Of a DNA stretch of 64,000 nt, positions 58,082 through 64,000 are shown piece by piece. The DNA comes from a virus, in the IMG/VR virus record IMGVR_UViG_3300042540_000949, positions 15,061 to 79,060 of that record. One strand, written 5' to 3'. The stretch's first letter is position 1; each line of letters begins with the position of its first letter. The notes beneath the pieces were generated by a model. The model saw only the letters and a program-made list of their open reading frames with translations, was not told where the DNA came from and did no database searches. Both the position numbers and the translations under genes were made by a program.

Positions 58082-58609
58082 ATGAACGACGAGATCGAAC
58101 AACTCAAGAAGAAGATCGCCTACCTTGAGGAACAAGTAGACCGATGGGAAGATGATGTCCTGCGTCTGATGAAGGAACGCAACGAAGCACGGAAAGAGGT
58201 TTGCCTTTGGCAAGGACTTGATACAGGAAAAAAGTCCGAAGAAGTTGCTAATGTTCGTGGTTGGGATTGTTTCAACCAACCCAAAACAGAACAGGACAAG
58301 GCAATGGATCGCCTCGCAGAACTTGATGAGGAACTTGGTCTGAACCCCATTCCGGAATCTCACTACATCAAGACCCTTCAGGCATATGATCGCCTCGCCA
58401 TCGTCATGGAGGCCATCATGGAACATTGGTTGGAAGGCAATGCCAACCCACCGAAGGAACTCATCGATGCCTATTACGATGTCAAGGAGGACATCAACGA
58501 CCATCTGAACGTGGATCGTCTGCATGAGCAGGTGATCCCGGCGAACTCTGAATTTTACGACAAAATTCAGAAAAAGTTTTCTGTTGACGACACCCCGAAT
58601 CTGTGGTAG
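58082..58609 (+). CDS. Hypothetical coiled-coil protein
   Basis: ATG 2 nt after the tRNA-Lys discriminator; ERNEARKEVC..RGWDCF; stop TAG forms the next -10. Confidence 0.7.
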   Translation: MNDEIEQLKKKIAYLEEQVDRWEDDVLRLMKERNEARKEVCLWQGLDTGKKSEEVANVRGWDCFNQPKTEQDKAMDRLAELDEELGLNPIPESHYIKTLQAYDRLAIVMEAIMEHWLEGNANPPKELIDAYYDVKEDINDHLNVDRLHEQVIPANSEFYDKIQKKFSVDDTPNLW

Positions 58610-58619
58610 AATGTGTTAC

Positions 58620-58704
58620 GGGATTGTGGCGGAATCGGCATACGCAGCAGACTCAAAATCTGCCGACCCTTAAAGTCTTGTGGGTTCAAGTCCCACCAAT
58701 CCCA
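58620..58704 (+). tRNA. tRNA-Leu(CAA)
   Basis: Acceptor GGGATTG/CAATCCC, loop CTCAAAA, long variable arm, GGTTCAAGTCC. Confidence 0.93.
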
Positions 58705-58707
58705 TTT

Positions 58708-58781
58708 GTTCTCGTAGCTCAGTTGGATAGAGCAGCCGCCTTCTAAGCGGCAGGTCGTTGGTTCGAATCCAACCGGGAACG
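58708..58781 (+). tRNA. tRNA-Arg(UCU)
   Basis: Acceptor GTTCTCG/CGGGAAC, loop CTTCTAA, GGTTCGAATCC. Confidence 0.94.
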
Positions 58782-58817
58782 CTTGACAGACCCCGAAAGA
58801 CAGGATACAATACACCC

Positions 58818-58991
58818 ATGAGCAAGACCAAGACCAAGAACCAAACGATCTCTGAAAAGTTGACTCGCATCGATGATTATGTCTGCGACATCTGGAACGA
58901 TGTCGATGAAGGCAGGCTATCCCCGAATCAGATCGGGGATCGACTTGACAAGGTCATCAGGATGCTTGGCGAACTTCAGGATTCCCTGTGA
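58818..58991 (+). CDS. Hypothetical 57-aa protein
   Basis: Promoter 58783-58811, ATG 6 nt later. Confidence 0.68.
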   Translation: MSKTKTKNQTISEKLTRIDDYVCDIWNDVDEGRLSPNQIGDRLDKVIRMLGELQDSL

Positions 58992-59098
58992 GGACACACA
59001 TGAATATTATATAAGGAGTGTTTGGTGGAAACATCAAAAACCGCACAGAGGCATTCTGCGAATGCACGGTTGACCGCTAGCCGTACAACTAGCGATTC

Positions 59099-59174
59099 GG
59101 GAAGGTGGCTGAAAAGTAGTTAGAGCGCGTGCCTTATAAGCGCGAATATGTGGGTGCAACTCCCGCCCTTCCCA
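59099..59174 (+). tRNA. tRNA-Ile(UAU) with atypical T-loop
   Basis: Acceptor GGGAAGG/CCTTCCC+A, stem CGTGC/GCGCG, loop CTTATAA, T-loop TGCAACT. Confidence 0.78.
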
Positions 59175-59210
59175 TTTGACACAACCCCAAACAGAGAGTA
59201 GAATATAACC

Positions 59211-59510
59211 ATGCCAATCGCACTACCAAAAGAAGAATATCTCGCCCCGCAGATCTTCTCATCGTTCATGATCGAAAACAACGATCTCATCGTCCGCGTC
59301 GAAGAGCCCTTCGGCATCATTGAGATGGATCTGTCGTTTGCTGTCCGTCTGGATCCCAAGACTGGCTTGGCGTCCACGGACTCAGATGACATTCTCTTTT
59401 CCATTGCCGATGACTCGGAAGGCAATGAGCATGAGGTAGACCCGGATTGGGTTATGGGTTGGATCATCCGCACCCTGAACCCATACCTCCGCGAGAAGTT
59501 CTCCGTCTGA
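59211..59510 (+). CDS. Acidic hypothetical protein
   Basis: Promoter 59176-59204, ATG 6 nt later. Confidence 0.72.
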   Translation: MPIALPKEEYLAPQIFSSFMIENNDLIVRVEEPFGIIEMDLSFAVRLDPKTGLASTDSDDILFSIADDSEGNEHEVDPDWVMGWIIRTLNPYLREKFSV

Positions 59511-59548
59511 CACTTGACACAACCCCGAACAAGAGGTACAATACACAC

Positions 59549-59833
59549 ATGGAAATGACCTTCGACACATCTTACTTCGGTTGGATTCTCGCAGTCTCTT
59601 TCGGTCTGTACATGGTGTATCGCCACATCATGAACAGGATGCATGAACTTCAGCGTTCCCTCCACGACGATATGCGTGGGAACATGGAGTACGGCAAGGA
59701 GGAAATGGAGTTCATCCGCAATCGCATCGACGGCATTGAGCGCAGGATCTCCACCCTTGAGGTGGCTCCCAAGCCGCAGAGCAAGGACAAGGCTCCCTAC
59801 AACTCAACCGCCTACTACAACACGGAAGCCTGA
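59549..59833 (+). CDS. Protein with N-terminal TM segment and coiled coil
   Basis: Promoter 59514-59542; YFGWILAVSFGLYMVY. Confidence 0.72.
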   Translation: MEMTFDTSYFGWILAVSFGLYMVYRHIMNRMHELQRSLHDDMRGNMEYGKEEMEFIRNRIDGIERRISTLEVAPKPQSKDKAPYNSTAYYNTEA

Positions 59834-59859
59834 CCCGCTACCAGGCTTCCTCTCATAAC

Positions 59860-59896
59860 CAGGGACTCCCACGCTTCGGGGAGTCCCTGTTCTTTT
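59860..59896 (+). terminator. Intrinsic terminator
   Basis: CAGGGACTCCC...GGGAGTCCCTG-TTCTTTT. Confidence 0.85.
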
Positions 59897-59906
59897 ATAT
59901 TCTTTT

Positions 59907-60060
59907 ACTACTATCAGCCAGCCTTAAGGCTGGCTGATCTTTCGCATGGACGGCAAGGACAATAATAATATTCTGAGTTGATTGATAGTAGCTCTGGGAC
60001 TTGGGACCTGGTGCCGGTTATCGGACGCAAAACAATCTTCAAAAATATCGAAGAAGTTTG
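59907..60060. repeat. Inverted-repeat module, copy 2
   Basis: ACTACTATCA 59907 / TGATAGTAG 59983-59991; 26-bp perfect palindrome 59913-59938; ATCGGAC 60020. Confidence 0.8.
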
Positions 60061-60095
60061 TTGCAGCATCCCCGGAAATGTCGTACCATATGCGT

Positions 60096-61370
60096 ATGAG
60101 CAACATCGACAACCGTAAGGCAAACTTCCTCGCAGCCCTGAAGCAGATCGCAGGCGAAGCGACCAGCGTGGCCGATGCCATCTTCAGCCGTGACGATTGC
60201 ATCACCGCCTGCCGTGACTCCGCTGCGCCTGCCTACACCGTCCTTCCTGCTTGGCTCGTCCAAGACCCGTCCCGCCGCGCAGGTCGCGGCCTATACAGAA
60301 TCCCGGAAATGGTTTCCGTGGAAATCGAAACGGACGGGATGGAAGATTCGTCCGAAAGTTCCTTGACCGATCCCCAAACTTGTGATACCATTACGAACAT
60401 GAGCAGCAGCAACTACAACCTCGTCGCATCCATGCCCGATGTCTCCCTCGTCCCGATGAAGAACGACACTTTCGTTCCGTGGGGCCACTACGATGACATC
60501 AGCACCATCCTCGCGTCCAAGCAGTTCGCGCCCGTCTACATCACGGGTCTGTCGGGCAACGGCAAGACCACGATGATCGAACAGATCTGCGCCAACACCG
60601 GGCGTGAGTGCATCCGCGTCAACATCACTGCCGAAACCGACGAGGACGATCTCATCGGCGGCTTCCGACTCATCAACGGCGAAACCAAGTTCGTCTACGG
60701 TGGCGTGGTTCAGGCCATGCAGCGCGGTGCCGTCCTGCTGTTGGACGAGATCGACTTGGGGACGGAGCGGATGATGTGCCTTCAGCCCGTGCTTGAGGGC
60801 AAGGGAATCTTCATCAAGAAGATCGGCGTTTTCGTCAAGCCCGCGCAGGGGTTCAATGTGGTCGCCACGGCCAACACGAAGGGCAAGGGCGAGTCTGATC
60901 GGTTCGTCGGCACCCGCTGCTTGAACGAGGCGTTCGTGGATCGGTTCTCCTATTGGTTTGAGCAGGAGTACGCGGATCGCAACATCGAAGCGCGCATCAT
61001 CATCCGCAAGATGAAGGCGTATGGCAAGGAGGACAAGGAGTTCGCGCAGTACCTCGTCAAGTGGGCGGAAACGATCCGCTTGGGCTTCAAGGAGGGCGGC
61101 TTGGATGACATCATCACGACCCGCCGCTTGGAGGAGGTCTGCAAGGCGTTCGCCATCTTCAACGACAAGCAGAAGGCGATCAAGTTGACGCTCACGCGAT
61201 TCGACGGTGCTACGCAGGAGGCGTTCTTCACCCTCTACACCAAGATCGACCCGACGATCCTCCCGACCCCGGAGGGGATGGACAAGAACAACCTCGGCCC
61301 GTCCGAAGCCTATCGTGCAGAGCAGGCGAATCAGAATCCGCCTGACACCAACTACGCCCTCAACGCCTAA
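60096..61370 (+). CDS. MoxR/CobS-like AAA+ ATPase with an N-terminal accessory domain
   Basis: GLSGNGKT, RVNIT.ETDEDDLIGG, LLLDEID, ATANTKG.G, NEAFVDRF, TRRL; promoter 60061-60089. Confidence 0.92.
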   Translation: MSNIDNRKANFLAALKQIAGEATSVADAIFSRDDCITACRDSAAPAYTVLPAWLVQDPSRRAGRGLYRIPEMVSVEIETDGMEDSSESSLTDPQTCDTITNMSSSNYNLVASMPDVSLVPMKNDTFVPWGHYDDISTILASKQFAPVYITGLSGNGKTTMIEQICANTGRECIRVNITAETDEDDLIGGFRLINGETKFVYGGVVQAMQRGAVLLLDEIDLGTERMMCLQPVLEGKGIFIKKIGVFVKPAQGFNVVATANTKGKGESDRFVGTRCLNEAFVDRFSYWFEQEYADRNIEARIIIRKMKAYGKEDKEFAQYLVKWAETIRLGFKEGGLDDIITTRRLEEVCKAFAIFNDKQKAIKLTLTRFDGATQEAFFTLYTKIDPTILPTPEGMDKNNLGPSEAYRAEQANQNPPDTNYALNA

Positions 61371-61388
61371 AGAAAGGAGGAACCAACA

Positions 61389-61616
61389 ATGCCGTACATG
61401 AACAAGCGCAATCGTTTCATCGCTGCTGCCAAGCAGTACGCAGAGGCAAACCTGAACGGAGACTTCAGCAACTTCAAGAAGTCCGATCTCATGGTTGTGG
61501 CACAGTCCATCAACATGAAGGGAATCCCGACTTGGGTTGTCAAGGAGTACGCGAGTGCCGTGAGCCGTGGGATCTACGATCTCTCGTCGCTCATCAACAA
61601 CACCGCAACCGTCTGA
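61389..61616 (+). CDS. Stand-alone paralog of the AAA+ N-terminal domain
   Basis: NKRNRFIAAAKQ...IPTWVV...SRGIYDL versus NRKANFLAALKQ...LPAWLV...GRGLYRI; AAGGAGG SD. Confidence 0.75.
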   Translation: MPYMNKRNRFIAAAKQYAEANLNGDFSNFKKSDLMVVAQSINMKGIPTWVVKEYASAVSRGIYDLSSLINNTATV

Positions 61617-61677
61617 GCTGTTGCCATGAGGGGAGGGGCGGACTAAACATCCCCCCTCCCCATTCGCAGGAATAAAA

Positions 61678-61765
61678 TCCGTTGGAGCTAAACTACACCC
61701 TCTGGGTGACGGCTAGCCTAATGCTCCCGAAATGCTTGGTGTTCTGCAGCACCAGGTTGAACGGA
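61678..61765 (+). ncRNA. Candidate multi-stem structured RNA
   Basis: TCCGTT/AACGGA enclosing GGAGC/GCTCC, CACCC-TCT-GGGTG and TGGTG/CACCA. Confidence 0.35.
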
Positions 61766-61783
61766 AAGGAACGGAGCCTTTCC

Positions 61784-61809
61784 CCCCGGATTCTTATCCG
61801 GGGTTTTTT
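61784..61809 (+). terminator. Intrinsic terminator
   Basis: CCCCGGA-TTCTTA-TCCGGGG-TTTTTT. Confidence 0.85.
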
Positions 61810-61812
61810 ATT

Positions 61813-61965
61813 ACTACTATCAGCGGGTCTCTAAGGACCCGCTGATTCTCGCAGGACACGAAATAATTTTAAGGACGCTCCCTGATAGTAGCTCGTACCT
61901 GCGCCTGGAGTTGCCGGCCAGCTTATCGGACTCACAAAAAAACTTGTAAACTTCGACTATGTGGG
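61813..61965. repeat. Inverted-repeat module, copy 3
   Basis: ACTACTATCAG 61813 / CTGATAGTAG 61882-61891; inner stem 61819-61846; ATCGGAC 61925. Confidence 0.8.
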
Positions 61966-62000
61966 TTGCAGCTTCCCCCGATATGTGCTACCATATGCGT

Positions 62001-64000
62001 ATGAACACCTCTCTCTCCATCTTTGCCCGTGCCCTCGCAAGCGAGAACCTGACCTTCGCGTTCGACCCGAAAGCGGAGACTGCTTCGTTCGATGTCAAGG
62101 CGCGGCACCTCGTCATGCCCATGTGGGATGTCTCCGACACCCTCCGCACCATGCTCGTCGCGCATGAGATCAGCCACGCGCTGTGGACTCCCTACGAGGT
62201 GTCCAACCGTCTGTTTGAGGCGGCGACCGCAGAGGGATACAACGAGAAGTTGCTGCACCACATCTGCAACATGATTGAGGATGTCCGCATCGAAAAGTTG
62301 ATGAAGGTGAAGTACCCCGGTACGCGCCGCGACTTCTTCTTGGGCTACCGCGAGATCATCGACAAGAATCTTTTCAACCTTTCCGGGTTGGATTGGAACA
62401 AGGTGGACATGATCTCCCGTCTGAACGGCCACTTCAAGTGGGGCGTTCCGGGCTTCCTCACCATCCCGCTGACCGACGAGGAGCGGGACATTGCCGAATT
62501 GGTGGACGGGGTTGAAACCTTTGAGCAGGCGTTTGAACTTGCCAAGTTCCTCTACGGCCACCCGTCGATGGAGAAGGCGCGTCAGCGGTTTGAGGCGGAA
62601 GCGCAGGACATTGGGAACGGCAAGGGCAAGGGCAAGGGCGACGAGGAGGGTGAGACTCAAGAGGGTGACGGTGGCACCGACCTGACCAACATGGGCGGCG
62701 CGTTTGCCCGGAAGAACGGCGAGACTGTCACCATCGACAACATCACGATCAGCCCCCTCGCTGACTTCGGCAAAGCGATCATCAGCGCGGACAAGATCCG
62801 CGAGAACTACGGGCGCATCTACAACCACATGAACCGCAACATCGACCTTGACGGCTACCGCAAGTATGTCAAGGAGTCCGATGCGTTCGTCCGTCAGTTG
62901 GTCGCGCAGTTTGAGCGCCGCAAGGCAGCGGACGAGATCCGCCGTGAGCGCCCCAAGCAGACGGGGATGCTCAACCTTGACCGCCTGCACCAGTACCGCA
63001 CCCACGATGACATCTTCCTCTCCAAGATCATCAAGCAGGACGGGAAGAACCACGGCATCATGTTCCTCATCGACTTCTCCGGGTCGATGGGATCAACCAT
63101 CGGCAATTGCATCCATCAGGTGTTGCAGTTGGTGTGGTTCTGCGAGAAGGCCAAGATCCCGTTTGAGGTCTACGGCTTCACGAACCTCGGGCATTGGGGC
63201 TTTGAGGCGCAGATGGAAGCGGAGCGCAAGGCGTACATGGACGCGAACCCGGATGACACTTGGGGCAACGGCTTCCGCAGCCCGACCGTGAACCTCGTCG
63301 CCATGAACCCCAAGCCCAACAGCATCCACTACGGGGATGCGCGGCTCATCAACCTCGCATCGTCGCGTGACTCCGCTGCGGATCGGGAGCGCCTGTTGGC
63401 CTGCTTGTGGGAGCAGTATTGCGCGGGTACTGGTGTCTGCTGCATTCCCTTCGGTGGCACTCCGACCGTGGAATCCGTTGCCATCGTCAGTCAGGTGATG
63501 AAGAAGTGGGTGGAGGCGAACGACATTCAGATCCCGACCCTGATGGTCGTTACCGATGGTCAGCCCGGTGGGATCTACACGGAAGATCGTTCCTGCTGCC
63601 ATGCGTTCATCAACAGCAACCACGGGCTCTGCGTCACCAACGAAATCTTCGGGACGGTTCACTACTCCGATGGTTCCGCCAACGAGATCGACATTCCCAA
63701 CGCCATCATCGGCACCATGCTTGACTCCCTGCGGACGGGATTGAACGCCCGCTGCGTCGGAATGTATGTGGATCACTCCCGCAAACTTTCGGAGCATATG
63801 TTCCGTTCCATGTGCGTCACCCGCAAGGAGTACCGGGAGCAGATGAACAGCCGCCAGTACGCATACGATTCGATTGACGAAAGCCCCCGCTACGAGGCGT
63901 GTTCGGAGCAGTACGAAAGCGGTGCGCTGATCCTGCCCAAGTCCACCTACCCCGGATACGATGCGTACTTCCTCATCCGCAGCATGAAGGCGGTGAGCGA
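62001..64000 (+). CDS. CobT-like metallopeptidase/VWA-domain protein (partial, runs off window end)
   Basis: Manual translation MNTSLSIFARALASENL...HEISHALWTP...N.IEDVRIE...IDFSGSM (MIDAS)...GGTP...TDG; promoter 61966-61994; missing from ORF track. Confidence 0.9.
   Translation, partial: MNTSLSIFARALASENLTFAFDPKAETASFDVKARHLVMPMWDVSDTLRTMLVAHEISHALWTPYEVSNRLFEAATAEGYNEKLLHHICNMIEDVRIEKLMKVKYPGTRRDFFLGYREIIDKNLFNLSGLDWNKVDMISRLNGHFKWGVPGFLTIPLTDEERDIAELVDGVETFEQAFELAKFLYGHPSMEKARQRFEAEAQDIGNGKGKGKGDEEGETQEGDGGTDLTNMGGAFARKNGETVTIDNITISPLADFGKAIISADKIRENYGRIYNHMNRNIDLDGYRKYVKESDAFVRQLVAQFERRKAADEIRRERPKQTGMLNLDRLHQYRTHDDIFLSKIIKQDGKNHGIMFLIDFSGSMGSTIGNCIHQVLQLVWFCEKAKIPFEVYGFTNLGHWGFEAQMEAERKAYMDANPDDTWGNGFRSPTVNLVAMNPKPNSIHYGDARLINLASSRDSAADRERLLACLWEQYCAGTGVCCIPFGGTPTVESVAIVSQVMKKWVEANDIQIPTLMVVTDGQPGGIYTEDRSCCHAFINSNHGLCVTNEIFGTVHYSDGSANEIDIPNAIIGTMLDSLRTGLNARCVGMYVDHSRKLSEHMFRSMCVTRKEYREQMNSRQYAYDSIDESPRYEACSEQYESGALILPKSTYPGYDAYFLIRSMKAVS

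Larger units (their letters stand above)
52902..62000. promoter_or_regulatory. Array of 22 related sigma70-type early promoters, consensus TTGACA-CA(T/A)C..-17 bp-TAC(A/C)AT-6 nt-ATG
   Basis: -35 starts: 52930(-), 52975, 53415, 53785, 54165, 54668, 54912, 55144, 55488, 55790, 56263, 56519, 56836, 57350, 57967 (18 bp), 58584, 58783, 59176, 59514, 60061, 60363, 61966. Confidence 0.92.

Noticed and set aside
52900-59550. Regularly recurring TTGACACA... repeats as a CRISPR array
   Set aside because: Repeats are degenerate -35/-10 promoters, and the intervals are 200-600 bp ORFs or tRNAs, not 30-40 bp spacers; no cas genes.
52924-60095. ORF-track upstream starts (52924, 53384, 55256, 56622, 59982 and others)
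   Set aside because: The extensions translate through promoter sequence (LDT...RYN); the ATG 6-7 nt after the -10 is the better start.
52927-63797. Long minus-strand and alternative-frame ORFs in the GC-rich region (e.g. 61932-63053, 63093-63797, 52927-53496)
   Set aside because: Shadows of high-GC3 plus-strand genes, which have promoters and recognisable motifs.
52550-64000. GC-rich part as flanking host chromosome or prophage boundary
   Set aside because: No housekeeping genes, integrase or att site; content is phage-like and shares motifs with the AT-rich part. Misassembly is not fully excluded without reads.
60096-64000. Calling the AAA+/VWA pair a cobaltochelatase (cobS/cobT) for B12 synthesis
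   Set aside because: No cobN or other cobalamin genes; the partner has an HExxH peptidase domain; family similarity does not establish that function.

Overview
A 64-kb segment of a T4-like (myovirus) phage genome in three parts. (1) 1-11.3 kb: a very AT-rich, minus-strand island of about 15 sugar biosynthesis, glycosyltransferase and methyltransferase genes. (2) 11.4-52.2 kb: the AT-rich T4-like core (uvsY, uvsW, gp3, gp23-gp13 head/terminase/neck/tail block with two gp19 paralogs and a short gp18, a compact baseplate block, gp4, gp32, gp33) plus accessory genes (Cys/Gly-rich protein, deaminase, lysozyme, DenV-like glycosylase, GMP reductase, likely internal head proteins, HNH nuclease). (3) After a repeat-rich junction at about 52.4-52.7 kb, GC content jumps (by eye from about 25-40% to about 60%). 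This part is an array of small genes, four tRNAs and a MoxR/CobS-like AAA+ and VWA-metallopeptidase pair. Its main signal is 22 near-identical sigma70-type promoters (TTGACA-17 bp-TAC(A/C)AT); 19 of them have an ATG 6-7 nt after the -10, predicting leaderless mRNAs. Nine promoters in the AT-rich part instead have a 16-bp spacer and a TATAnT -10, and a third, late-type TAAATA class is also present. Other signals: a three-copy inverted-repeat module at a fixed distance upstream of three promoters; an internal promoter predicting a short AAA+ isoform, with a stand-alone paralog of the missing domain next door; a probable -1 frameshift fusing gp26 to gp51; and a G-x-[S/T/C]-[G/A/S] motif that appears enriched in virion proteins. 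All calls come from reading the sequence by eye; no database searches were run.
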